Shown: positions 51,038-64,000 of the stretch, piece by piece
Numbering within the stretch: the first letter of the stretch is position 1
How the letters are laid out: each line of letters begins with the position of its first letter
Origin: Antedon mediterranea
Lineage: Eukaryota > Animalia > Echinodermata
Length of the DNA stretch: 64,000 nt
NCBI RefSeq assembly: GCF_964355755.1
Contig: NC_092677.1
Span: 14,840,101 to 14,904,100 of the forward strand
Reading direction: 5' to 3'
Made by a program: the position numbers and the translations under genes
Notes under the pieces: generated by a model
Seen by the model: only the letters and a program-made list of their open reading frames with translations
What the model was told of the DNA's origin: nothing
Databases searched by the model: none

Positions 51038-54000
51038 ATGGCAAGCAGAATTTTAGGCCTACAAGTGCAGGCTGGAAACCGTAACCTCTGTAGAAGTGAC
51101 CTTCCTATTGTTACTATAATACGAGGCTACAAGAAGGAGTATCTTAAGGTAATGCGTGAACGCAACCGATTGAGAAAACGAACATTGTCACGTGTCATTG
51201 AAGATAAGTTGAATTTACAAAGAACAGTTCCACTTGCGTACGACATGGAAAAAAAGATAGAGTTAAATGTACATCCAAAGTATGCTGTACGGTAGGTATT
51301 TTTATTTGCTGTTTATAAAGTTCCGCGATCGAGGGTAACAAATAGTACATGCCTGCACATTTTCACAGTAGTCTTGTACAAAATTTATCAATAGAGATAT
51401 TATAAGGCCAAAAAAAAAAAATAGTTTGTTTGCTGTCATCCGCCGCCCCTAATTTCGCCAAAAATTTGGGACGGAAATAAGAAAAAGTTTTTTTTTTACG
51501 TTGAGGGCGCTTTTAAAAAAAAAGTTTTTTTTATGATTTTTTTTGGCCGAAAAGGTGTAAAAATCGAGTGTGCGAGAATGAAACAATAAAAATAATAACG
51601 TAGCGTATATTTCGGTGTATAATCGCACTTTTGACACGCAAATTTAACCTCTAAATTAAGGGTGCGTCTTATACACCGAACAGAAATGCCTCAACACACA
51701 GATATCGCCACCTCGTTGGCTAGGCCTGGGCTTTATAAGGTAAGGCCTAGGCCTATTAGTATTACTAAAGTCTAAAGAGTAGGCCTAGCTACAGTGTACT
51801 AGCGTAACAGCAACCTGCTAGTTTTCAAGGCATTTTAGCGTGATTTTCTACTAAATATGATGAAAAGATTTGTTCATTATAGAGCTGTTTTAGGCGCTCC
51901 GATAAAATTTCATTTAAAAACGTTTACGATTGGAATAGTATTATAGTTATACGCACGACCGTCGTACCCCCAGCGCGAGCGAGCCCTCCTTGGCAACCAC
52001 ATTGTGTACACAGTATTCGACTAGTATATTCTCCAGTTGATTATAGCATAGACCAAGCGTACACACTTCTAGGATACATAGATACTAATCGAATACGATT
52101 GTCCGTGAAAACGTGCGCCTCTCGATAAAAGGATCGAGCGAGGCTAGCCCACACACACGTGCGGTCATGCACTCGATGTTGCGGGTGCGAAACTCATTCA
52201 TAACAAGTTAGAAAGAACTGACGGAATGGGAGACTTCCCTTCTTGTTGAGGCTGGCCGCGGCCGTCTTATAGGCCTACATCGACGATATACAAAATACCG
52301 ATATTTTACTCTCAGTTAGGGGTCGGGTGCGTCTTATTATACACAGGTGCGACTTATACACCGAAATATACGGTACACTAACTTCTAAAAATTAAAATAT
52401 TTAATTAGGCCTGCTAACAACGACCTACTGTGTAGTAGTAGGCCTAGCCTAGGCTAGGCTAGTTTAGACACGGGGCCTAACGCGCCCAAAACAGAATTAA
52501 AGTGTGAAACAAATTATGAATAGATGTTTGAGCTCGTTGTTTTATTCAGTGTGTTTTGTTACTCTCAAATTCGCGAGCAATTAACAGAGAAATTAACATT
52601 AAAAAAAAAAAAAACAAAAAAAAAACAAAAAAAACTTTTTTCCACCTGCCTCCCCTACCAAAAAAAAAAACTTGACAGCATTAGGCCTAATCTATGGTTT
52701 AACACTGACCGTAGTGGTGTAGTATTGTTAATAGAGATTGAGTGGTTCTGTAGGTTCAATTACAGGATGATTTTTTTATACCTTTACTCCCCATCATCTT
52801 TACTTACCATTACCTAGAGAGATGTTATTTTTTTTTTTCGAAGACCAGTGACTTTATCTACTCTCGCGTATAGTTAGCGCTACAGTGAGTCGGTTCTTTA
52901 ACGATGGACATTTGACCACAACGATTGATTATACTGTACAGTATGCTTTTTAAATACATGTTCAACTCTTGAAATATTCTTCCCTGTTCTACCCTTAAAC
53001 ATTCATTATTTTTATATTTATTTTGAACTAAATATTAATATTTTTAGAGTGACCCATGATGATAGCAACATTCATTTTAAGAAGACTCAAGTGAACATCT
53101 TCAATCAAATATGTGTACTAGAAGAAGGAGTCAATCAAGCATTATGGTTAACCAATAGTAAACTGATGGACGAAGGATGTGTATGTACAGTAACTTATGC
53201 AAGATTTGATTCATATTTATATGCAACAGTATATTTCATTGCAACAGTTTAAGAATGCAAACTGTCCCTTTCAGTGGGTGTCCCCCTCAATAAACATGGG
53301 CCATAATGTCAATAAAATTTATTTTCCCTTGATTTTTTCAGTGAAAAGTGACTCTGTGTGCATTGAATAGAGCGGACCCAAAGAAGGGGCTGTACTGGTG
53401 GTCAATCTGTGTTATATTCCCTGCTAGCCAGTCAATAGTCTCTATTTTTCCTTTGTGTATAATAATGATGTGAACAGTATGATGATTTCTTTATTAAGCC
53501 TATACACCCCTCCATGCATCTCAACATATATTTTACAGTAATTTATATTGCTACCAGATTTTTTTTTTCATTTTTCTAACCATACATTATTCATTGAATA
53601 ATTCAAAGGTGCTTAATAATCTTACATATTGATTGAATCTCCATCAGCTGCCAGAGAGACTTCAAAAGCTAGGAGTAGAAGCTGAGAAAGAAGGCATGAC
53701 TGATCAAGTACACCATGCAATTAAGAAAAGTAGACACTATGATACCATGGAGAAAGTAATCCGTATGCCTAGATACAGGTACAGTATATAAATAAGGATA
53801 TAAGTATATTATGCTCACATACATCAATGGGCATTAAACTATGTACACAATGTTTATAATATATGTTTATAAAAAAAAATATGCCAGGCCTTTAGGCCAA
53901 ATATTCTGAAATCATAATTTATTCATTTTTTATGCAGAACATAAGTAAAAGTAATTGGTTTTGAACATGGGTAAATGCCTGCACACAGCATAATCTATTT

Positions 54001-57000
54001 ACAGTAGGTAGAAGGACAGCTCACACCACTGCTTAAATCATGTATCTTTCAAAAAAGTAATGATAAAGTCTGTCTGGGTGTACTTTTTAGTCAATGACGA
54101 TTTGGGACAAATGCAAAAAATGAAGTAATGCATAAGTTTAACAGTTTAAAGGCCCATTTACACTAGGACGATAACGATCGATGATAAATAGACAAATGTG
54201 CATTTTTTTTACATAAAACAAAAGAAAAGAAAAGGTTTTCGTTCTAGAACTATAGGATAATCATTTATGCTGTCTTTGATGATAGTAATATGTTTCAAAA
54301 TTCCGATCAAATGACGCCATGATAAATAAAAACAATAAATCGTTGTATTGTCACAATATTATTGCTCTTACTAATCATGAAGTCATTTGATTGGACGTGT
54401 GAAAATATCATTTTCATCAAAGGAAGCATAGATGGTTATTCTATAGTTCTATAGAAAAGTTTTTAAATTTCTTTTATTTTATGTATGGAAAATGCACATT
54501 TGTCTATTTATCGTCGATCGTTATTGTCCTTTTCATTCATTCATAATAACATTTATTTCTTATCATTTCAAAGTAAACAAAATAACAAATTAAATATAAA
54601 TAATTAAGAGGCAACACCCAGAAAGTAATAACATTTGAAGGTTTCCCTCCAAAAAAACTTGTGACGGGTAGCCAGTTAAGAAATTGTAATCATATTGGAG
54701 TTTAAACAAACAGAAACAAGACAAACAAACGTAAAGCAAGACAACGACAAATTAATAATAATAAAATACTATGGAAGCACAGAAAACCCAGAATAAACAT
54801 GTTGTTTTATTATTATTAGTTATTTATGGAGTAGAATTTGTTTAAGTTTAAAAGAAAATGTACTTTTTGAAGGTGCCAATTTAATTTCGTCGGGGAGATC
54901 ATTAAATAATTTGGTGCCACTATAATGGATATTATGTTGCATTAATGTTAATTTGGTAAGGGGAGGGTGGAGATTACAGGAGTGTAAATGGGCCTTTAGT
55001 CCTAGGTTGTCAAAAATTGAAAGCTCATTAATAATTACATTACTAATTATTTGAATACAGTAGTATCAGCATTACCCAAGGCGTTGAGTTTGTGACAATT
55101 TCTCCATAATAGTCATAATTATTAAGTCTTGGAACATCAAGAAGTACAATCAAGATTCTATTGCTATTATTGTAAACCAACATTCTTGGCATAAGATCTT
55201 TTGTACTACAAAGAACTTGCCTATTGCTATTATTTTAAACCAACATTCTTGGCATAAGATCTTTTGTACTACAAAGAACTTGCCTATTGCTATTATTGTA
55301 AACCAACATTCTTGGCATAAGATCTTTTGTACTACAAAGAACATGCCTAACATTATGGATATGAATATATCATTCATTTATTAGTCTAAATCTGATAATC
55401 TATTTTTTTTTCTCCTTTGTTGTGCCATACTTGTATGAATGAGTAAAGTGCTGTGTGATACTGTAAATGAATGAATAACAATTTGCATATAAACAAAACA
55501 TTATCTTCCTACTTAAGTGTTGGTGTGCTTATTTGTATAAGTATAGTACTTGCTTTGTTTATTTGTTAGCACGATAGCATCCATAATTTTTAAGTTATCG
55601 TCCTGAATGTATGTTTGGTTGATAATGGGTATATTTTCAGGAAAATTAATTTATTGGTCACGTCACAAAAGCTTATTATATTAAAATCTGGTTTAACTGT
55701 ATATTTCACATGAGATATTAATTAGCACGCCCTCTGTATTCTTTTAACATGGACCGAAATATCAAGAAGTGAGCCTTCTCTCTTCGAATATAGCTTTCCC
55801 TGATATATTTTGCCAAGTACTTCACTCAGTTTCTGAGTGCTTTAACTTTTCTTATTTTCACAGTCGAAATGTTGTACAGTCGCTAATAACTGTGTGTAGC
55901 TCTGTTGCTGATAAGTATCCTAAAATACTACAACGTTCTGAAACCGACAAACATTACGTTGCTGCTTCATGGAGAAGAGGTATTTATTTGTCAAGGCAGT
56001 CCATGACTGATTTGTAAATGTAATACTGTTGTACCCAAGGTGTTGAGTTTGTGACAATTTTTAAATAATAGTGACAATTATTAAGCCTTGGAAAATAATT
56101 TGTTACAATAGATCTCAATGTGGCTAAGATTGCAATCTAACAATCCTAGCATATGATCATATGTAATTACAAGTTTACATTTTCTGCTTCAGTGAGTGAG
56201 TGGCCAACGATTAAGACAGTGGAACCGTCTTTACGTATCCATAACATCGGCAATGGTTTGAGGCTCACTCACTCCATGGTTGTAGAACGAGTCTTCTCGG
56301 ATAACAACTATAAACCATAGGTCCAGTGTACATATCTAGCTCATTTGCATTTTAAAGAACCTAGTACATCTTTCAAGATGAGCTAAGGGTTACCCCGGTG
56401 TACTATAACATCACAGCCACTGATCACAACTGGACCCTCTGGGAAACCAGTCTTTGACTGAAGAGGTCGGCCAGTATAAAAAATAAATAACAAACAAAAT
56501 ATCTTAGTTAGTGTGTGCATTGTCAAAATATATTTGGATTTTAGCAGATTCTTATAAATCATAATAATAATTAACTTCTAGGTAATGACCCAATCCAGGT
56601 AAGAGGGCATGCTGGTACTATGCTATCATCAGCATATCCGATCGCACCACTGGTTGGTAGTGAAGTGATTGAAGAAACAAGAACGCATCAATTACCGACC
56701 TTTCACCCCATATCACCATTGATTGATCTACTTCGGTATAGTGTCTATAAAGAGAGTCATAACTTTCCAGGTACGTAATTTAGTCTTCGCCTGCTATTCC
56801 ATCTACCAATTATAATACAGATGATCTTCTGTAATTGGTGATGGGACAGAGAAATGTTTCCATGGTGGTGACCGCTTACAGAGGGCAGTGGTTTTTTTAA
56901 AACTTACACCATTCTCAAAACACATACTTGAATTGATCCGACAGTACCTTTTTTACTCAAGAAAAACAATTGTTATAATACATTTTTCTAAAATTATTTC

Positions 57001-57632
57001 GTAGGTTTCTTTGAGGGCTGTGCACATCCACATGCTCATACACTGTATATATTTGATGACCATTTGTGGACAAGGAAACGCATTTCAAAAGGTCTCCACA
57101 GTAAAGCAATCATGTTTGCCTTTGGAAACGCCCTCTCTCGTGCTCGACTTCAGTATGGTGTAAGTTACAAATTATTTTATATGGGAGCTTCAAGTTGCTG
57201 AAAATGTGTCATCTGCACCATCTTCCTTAAAAATAAAATAAATAGAAAATATAAATTATCTGTTTACAAATTTATATTATATTTAACATTTAGGTAGATG
57301 CTGATATTGATTTGGAGACTCCAATAGTCAGCCAAGGTGTGGCTACAGATGGCGCGAGTTTTAGCTTTGCGGTGGTACAGCTTAATACACTACGACTCGC
57401 ATCGGATGATGGAATCAAGAATATGGTATGGCTGGATGCAGACAATCTTCTCTATGACGATCAGTATCCACAAGATATTAAGATTGTGAAATCTAACAAG
57501 CGCAAGAAGACTCGAAAATGGTACATCAAAAAGATGATTACCAAACGTGACCCAGAGGTCGGATGTCAAGAGCTTAATATGGACATTTTTAGAAAGTTTT
57601 TAGCATTGTATGTCCATGGTGCAGAACATTAA
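51038..57632 (+). CDS. MRPL37: Mitochondrial ribosomal protein L37 (mL37)
   Basis: Exons 51038-51291, 53048-53180, 53648-53778, 55864-55979, 56582-56770, 57005-57159, 57294-57632. Motifs LEEGVNQALWLT, QVRG, TFHPISPLIDL, PHAHTLY, MFAFGNAL, QGVATDG, QLNT and FRKFLALY.HGA. Confidence 0.93.
51603..52375. mobile_element. pogo/Tigger-like MITE in an MRPL37 intron
   Basis: TIRs cgtatatttcggtgtataa / ttatacaccgaaatatacgg, TA flanks, internal gtgcgtcttatacac repeats. Confidence 0.7.
54148..54996. mobile_element. MITE whose right TIR is split by a LINE 3' fragment
   Basis: aaggcccatttacactaggac ... gtcct[insert]agtgtaaatgggcctt, TA flanks. Confidence 0.75.
54531..54980 (-). mobile_element. 5'-truncated CR1/L2-group LINE 3' end
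   Basis: Encodes ..IHYSGTKLFNDLPDEIK..FKLKQILLHK*, then AATAAA and (TGAA)n tail. Confidence 0.7.
55158..55349. repeat. 63-bp tandem repeat x3
   Basis: ctattgctattatt..ttggcataagatcttttgtactacaaagaac at 55158, 55221 and 55284. Confidence 0.9.
56235..56490 (+). mobile_element. Dispersed SINE-like repeat (copy 2)
   Basis: Similar to 15033-15295. Confidence 0.6.
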
Positions 57633-57771
57633 TACAGTATGTTCATTGAATTTGAGGTTGTTGTAGAGATAACAAGAATAGAGAACATAAATACGCGATA
57701 CCAGCAACAAATGATTTGAACGAAAGTCTTGCTTTTTATTCTATTTGATGTAATATACATAATAATACAGA

Positions 57772-58791
57772 ATATTTTTTTCGAAAAATGGCCAAAATAT
57801 GCGCTTTTCAAAATACTATTACTATGCAATAATATTGCTATATATGCGCATATTTTGTTTTATTATCATCATATAGACGTATAGTAACCATTTATGTCAA
57901 AAAATAAAAGGTCGAAATTTTGGCATTTTTCGAACAAATCCCTGTACTATAGTACAGGGATTTTTTTTTGAAAAATGACCAAAATACGCACTTTTTAAAA
58001 TACGGTTATTATGCAATATTATTGCTATATAAAAAAAATCCCTGTACTATATTAAGGGATTTTTTCAAAAAATGACCAAAATATGCACTTTTTAAAACAC
58101 GGTTATTATGCAATATTATTGCTATATATTGCGTTATAAGCATCTTATAGACGTTTAGTAACCACTTATGTCAAAAAATAAAAAGGTCGAAATATGGTTA
58201 TTTTTTGAAAAAATCCCTGCACTATAGTAAAGGATTTTTTCGAAAAATGGCGAAAATACGCACTTTTTAAAATACTGTTATTATGCAATAATATTGCTAT
58301 ATATGTGCATATATTGCGTTATAAGCATCTTATAGACGTATAGTAACCATTTATGTCAAAAAATAAAAAGGTCGAAATATGGCAATTTTTCGAAAAAAAA
58401 CCTGTACTATAGTAAGGGATTTTTTTTCGAAAAATGACCAAAATACGCACTTTTTAAAATACTGTTATTATGCAATAAGATTGCTATATATGTGCATATA
58501 TTGCGTTATAAGGATCTTATAGACGTATAGTAACCACTTATGTCAAAAAATAAAAAGGTCGAAATATGGCAATTTTTCGAAAAAAAAACCTGTACTGTAG
58601 TATGGGATTTTTTTTCGAAAAATGACCAAAATACTCACTTTTTAAAATACTGTTATTATGCGATAATATTGCTATATATGTGCATATATTGCGTTATAAA
58701 CATCTTATAGACGTATAGTAACCATTTATGTCAAAAAATAAAAAGGTCGAAATATGGCCATTTAAAAAAAAAATCCCAGTACTATAGTAAG
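57772..58791. repeat. ~180-bp satellite, ~5-6 units, with internal hairpin
   Basis: Recurrent aaaatacgcactttttaaaatac..., ttatagacgtatagtaacc and palindrome aaatccctgtactatagtacagggattt. Confidence 0.9.
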
Positions 58792-58794
58792 CAC

Positions 58795-61700
58795 TCATAA
58801 GTCAGCTCTCCTTAATTGCCTAAGTCACACAGCTGACTTTGGCAGAAACACAAAAAATATAGTATATTGATATAAGCAGTGAGTTAGGCAGATCATAATC
58901 CAGCTCTCCTTAATTGCCTAAGTCACACAGCTGACTTGGGCAGAAACACAAAAAATATAGTATATTGATATATGATATCAATAGTTAGATAGTGAGATAG
59001 TGAGTTAGGCAGAAAAAAAAAAAATTATGTCTTAGACACTTTTGTTATGAGGCTGTTGATATCATCTATATTATACAAAAAATGCTACATTTAAGTAACA
59101 AAATTTAATAGCATCAGCTCTTCAGATTAAAATTAACACTGATGAATTTAGAAAAGGAAAGTAGCAATAAAAGAGAAAGAATTGGTAAAAAATGGGTTAA
59201 AAAATACACTATAAAAATGTATTTCTTATTTTATTTTAAAAATCATGAGTCTCCTCTCCTTAATTGCCTAAGTCACACAGCTGACTTAGGCAGAAACACA
59301 AAAAACGATCTGAGCATGTGCAAATGTATATAAAAGCACTAAGATAATGTACAGAAGGCAGTATAATGATATAAGCAGTGAGTTAGGCAGATCATAAATC
59401 AGCTCCCCTTAATTGCCTAAGTCACACAGCTGACTTAGGCAGAATATTGATATAAGCAGTGAGTTAGGCAGATCATAAGTCAGCTCTTCTTAATTGCCTA
59501 AGTCACACAGCTGACTTGGGCAGAAACACAAAAAATATAGTATATTGATATAAGCAGTGAGTTAGGCAGATCATAAGTCAGCTCTCCTTAATTGCCTAAG
59601 TCACACAGCTGACTTGGGCAGAAACACAAAAAATATAGTATATTGATATAAGAAGTGAGTTAGGCAGAAAAACAAAAACAAAATTATGTCTTAGACACTT
59701 TTGTTATGAGGCTGTCGATATCATCTATATACAAAAAATGCTACCTTTATTTAACAAAATTTAATAGCATCAGCTCTTCAGATTAAAATTAACACTGATG
59801 AATTTAGAAAAGGAAAGTAGCAATAAAAGAAAAAGAATTTGTAACAAATGGGTTAAAAAATATACTATAAAAATGTATTTCTTATTTTATTTAAAAAATC
59901 ATGAGTCTCCTCTCCTTAATTGCCTAAGTCACACAGCTGACTTAGGCAGAAACACAAAAAACGATCTGAGCATGTGCAAATGTATATAAAAGCACTCAGA
60001 TAATGTACAGAGGGCAGTATAATGATATAAGCAGTGAGTTAGGCAGATCATAAGTCAGCTCCCCTTAATTGCCTAAGTCACACAGCTGACTTAGGCAGAA
60101 ACACAAAAAATATAGTATATTGATATAAGCAGTGAGTTAGGCAGATCATAAGTCAGCTCTTCTTAATTGCCTAAGTCACACAGCTGACTTGGGCAGAAAC
60201 ACAAAAAATATAGTATATTGATATAAGCAGTGAGTTAGGCAGAAAAAAAAAATTATGTCTTAGACACTTTTGTTATGAGGCTGTCGATATCATCTATATT
60301 ATACAAAAAATGCTACATTTAAGTAACAAAATTTAATAGCATCAGCTCTTCAGATTAAAATTAACACTGATGAATTTAGAAAAGGAAAGTAGCAATAAAA
60401 GAGAAAGAATTTGTAACAAATGGGATAAAAAATACACTATAAAAATGTATTTCTTATTTTATTTAAAAAATCATGAGTCTCCTCTCCTTAATTGCCTAAG
60501 TCACACAGCTGACTTAGGCAGAAAGTCACACAGCTGACTTAGGCAGAAACACAAAAAACGATCTGAGCATGTGCAAATGTATATAAAAGCACTCCGATAA
60601 TGTACAAAAAAATATAGTATATTGATATAAGCAGTGAGTTAGGCAGAAAAACAAAACAAAATTATGTCTTAGACACTTTTGTTATGAGGCTGTCGATATC
60701 ATCTATATACAAAAAATGCAACCTTTAAGTAACAAAATGTAAAAGCATCAGCTCTTCAGATTAAAATTAACACTGATGAATTTAGAAAAGGAAAGTAGCA
60801 ATAAAAGAGAAAGAATTTGTAACAAATGGGTTAAAAAATATACTATAAAAATGTATTTCTTATCTTATTTAAAAAATCATGAGTCCTTAATTGCCTAAGT
60901 CACACAGCTGACTTAGGCAGAAACACAAAAAATGATCTGAGCATGTGCAAATGTATATAAAAGCACTCAGATAATGTACAGAGGGCAGTATAAGGATATA
61001 AGCAGTGAGTTAGGCAGATCATAAATCAGCTCCCCTTAATTGCCTAAGCCACACAGCTGACTTAGGCAGAAACACAAAAAATATAGTATATTGATATAAG
61101 CAGTGAGTTAGGCAGATCATAAGTCTGCTCTTCTTAATTGCCTAAGTCACACAGCTGACTTGGGCAGAAACACAAAATATATAGTATATTGATATAAGCA
61201 GTGAGTTAGGCAGAAAAACAAACAAAAATTATGTCTTAGACAATTTTGTTATGAGGCTGTCAATATCATCTATATACAAAAAATCCTACTTTTAAGTAAC
61301 AAAATTTAATAGCATCAGCTCTTCAGATTAAAATTAACATTGATGAATTTAGAAAAGGATCGGAAAGTAGCAATAAAAGAGAAAAAATTTGTAACAAATG
61401 GGTTAAAAACTATACTATAAAAATGTATTTCTTATTTTATTTAAAAAATCATGAGTCCTTAATTGCCTAAGTCACACAGCTGACTTAGGCAGAAACACAA
61501 AAAAACGATCTGAGCATGTGCAAATGTATATAAAAGCACTCAGATAATGTACAGAGGGCAGTATAATGATATAAGCAGTGAGTTAGGCAGATCATAAATC
61601 AGCTCCCCTTAATTGCCTAAGCCACACAGCTGACTTAGGCAGAAACACAAAAAATATAGTATATTGATATAAGCAGTGAGTAAGGCAGATCATAAGTCTG

Positions 61701-64000
61701 CTCTTCTTAATTGCCTAAGTCACACAGCTGACTTGGGCAGAAACACAAAATATATAGTATATTGATATAAGCAGTGAGTTAGGCAGAAAAACAAACAAAA
61801 ATTATGTCTTAGACAATTTTGTTATGAGGCTGTCAATATCATCTATATACAAAAAATCCTACTTTTAAGTAACAAAATTTAATAGCATCAGCTCTTCAGA
61901 TTAAAATTAACATTGATGAATTTAGAAAAGGATCGGAAAGTAGCAATAAAAGAGAAAAAATTTGTAACAAATGGGTTAAAAACTATACTATAAAAATGTA
62001 TTTCTTATTTTATTTAAAAAATCATGAGTCCTTAATTGCCTAAGTCACACAGCTGACTTAGGCAGAAACACAAAAAAACGATCTGAGCATGTGCAAATGT
62101 ATATAAAAGCACTCAGATAATGTACAGAGGGCAGTATAATGATATAAGCAGTGAGTTAGGCAGATCATAAGTCAGCTCTCCTTAATTGCCTAAGTCACAC
62201 AGCTGACTTAGGCAGAAACACAAAAAATATAGTATATTGATATAAGCAGTGAGTTAGGCAGATCATAAGTCAGCTCCCCTTAATTGCCTAAGTCACACAG
62301 CTGACTTAGGCAGAAACACAACAAATATAGTATATTGATATAAGCAGTGAGTTAGGCAGATCATAAGTCAGCTCTTCTTAATTGCCTAAGTCACACAGCT
62401 GACTTGGGCAGAAACACAAAAAATATAGTATATTGATATAAGCAGTGAGTTAGGCAGAAAAAAAAAATTATGTCTTAGACACTTTTGTTATGAGGCTGTC
62501 GATATCATCTATATACAAAAAATGCTACCTTTAAGTAACAAAATGTAACAGCATCAGCTCTTCAGATTAAAATTAACACTGATGAATTTAGAAAAGGAAA
62601 GTAGCAATAAAAGAGAAAGAATTTTTAACAAATGGGTTAAAAAATATACTATAAAAATGTATTTCTTATTTTATTTAAAAATCATGAGTCCTTAATTGCC
62701 TAAGTCACACAGCTGACTTGGGCAGAAACACAAAAAACGATCTGAGCATGTGCAAATGTATATAAAAGCACTCAGATAATGTACAGAGGGCAGTATAATG
62801 ATATAAGCAGTGAGTTAGGAGTAGATCATAAATCAGCTCCCCTTAATTGCCTAAGTCACACAGCTGACTTAGGCAGAAACACAAAAAATATAGTATATTG
62901 ATATAAGCAGTGAGTTAGGCAGATCATAAGTCAGCTCTTCTTAAGTCACACAGCTGACTTGGGCAGAAACACAAAAAATATAGTATATTGATATAAGCAG
63001 TGAGTTAGGCAGAAAAACAAAAAAAAAATTATGTCTTAGACAATTTTGTTATGAGGCTGTCGATATCATCTATATACAAAAAATCCTACCTTTAAGTAAC
63101 AAAATTTAATAACATCAGCTCTTCAGATTAAAATTAACACTGATGAATTTAGAAAAGGATCGGAAAGTAGCAATAAAAGAGAAAAAATTGGTAACAAATG
63201 GATTAAAAAATATACTATAAAAATGTATTTCTTATTTTATTTAAAAAATCATGAGTCCTTAATTGCCTAAGTCACACAGCTGACTTAGGCAGAAACACAA
63301 AAAAACGATCTGAGCATGTGCACATGTATATAAACGCACTCAGATAATGTACAGAGGGCAGTATAATGATATAAGCAGTGAGTTAGGCAGATCATAAGTC
63401 AGCTCTCCTTAATTGCCTAAGTCACACAGCTGACTTAGGCAGAAACACAAAAAATATAGTATATTGATATAAGCAGTGAGTTAGGCAGATCATAAGTCAG
63501 CTCTCCTTAATTGCCTAAGTCACACAGCTGACTTGGGCAGAAACACAAAAAATATAGTATATTGATATAAGCAGTGAGTTAGGCAGATCATAAGTCCTCT
63601 CTCCTTAATTGCCTAAGTCACACAGCTGACTTGGGCAGAAACACAAAAAATATAGTATATTGATATAAGAAGTGAGTTAGGCAGAAAAACAAAAACAAAA
63701 TTATGTCTTAGACACCTTTGTTATGAGGCTGTCGATATCATCTATATACAAAAAATGCTACCTTTATTTAACAAAATTTAATAGCATCAGCTCTTCAGAT
63801 TAAAATTAACACTGATGAATTTAGAAAAGGAAAGTAGCAATAAAAGAGAAAGAATTTGTAAAAAATGGGTTAAAAAATATACTATAAAAATGTATTTCTT
63901 ATTTTATTTAAAAAATCATGAGTCTCCTCTCCTTAATTGCCTAAGTCACACAGCTGACTTAGGCAGAAACACAAAAAAACGATCTGAGCATGTGCAAATG
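58795..64000. repeat. Complex higher-order satellite: 98-bp monomers in variable number alternating with a longer AT-rich block
   Basis: Block marker ttatgtcttagac at ~59024, 59684, 60253, 60662, 61229, 61802, 62468, 63029 and 63701; monomer contains tgcctaagtcacacagctgacttaggca. Confidence 0.95.

Noticed and set aside
55150-55377. ORF with CxxC repeats
   Set aside because: Product of a 63-bp intronic tandem repeat with no supporting splice structure
59142-59989. Repeated 63-aa ORFs
   Set aside because: Part of satellite units and disrupted in other copies
58795-64000. Palindromic repeats as CRISPR, or CTGATGA..GAAA as a hammerhead ribozyme
   Set aside because: The intervening sequences are themselves repeated, and no stem II pairing exists between CTGATGA and GAAA

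Overview
AT-rich animal genomic DNA with GT-AG spliced genes; no prokaryotic features, tRNA/rRNA or CRISPR arrays. An invertebrate deuterostome such as an echinoderm is my inference from composition and gene and TE content. From left to right the window holds: (1) a minus-strand Ig-superfamily receptor (17592->3665). Its in-frame exon chain gives signal peptide, 4 Ig, a tandemly repeated mucin-stalk exon, TM, then TWO further Ig domains and an acidic tail on the cytoplasmic side. A BK-channel beta-subunit-like gene is nested antisense in one of its introns. (2) A decayed AcademX transposon containing a near-intact RTEX-like LINE and a Rex1-like fragment. (3) An atypical Roundabout-like gene (41163->27444) with 4 Ig (Ig3 lost), 4 FN3 (FN2 duplicated), an Arg in the TM and almost no cytoplasmic tail. 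(4) A tandem duplicate carrying a Robo pseudogene plus an orphan copy of the Ig receptor's promoter and leader exon. (5) MRPL37 on the plus strand. (6) Two hairpin-rich satellite arrays running to the window end. Gene models were assembled by eye from splice signals and frame continuity and need transcript confirmation.
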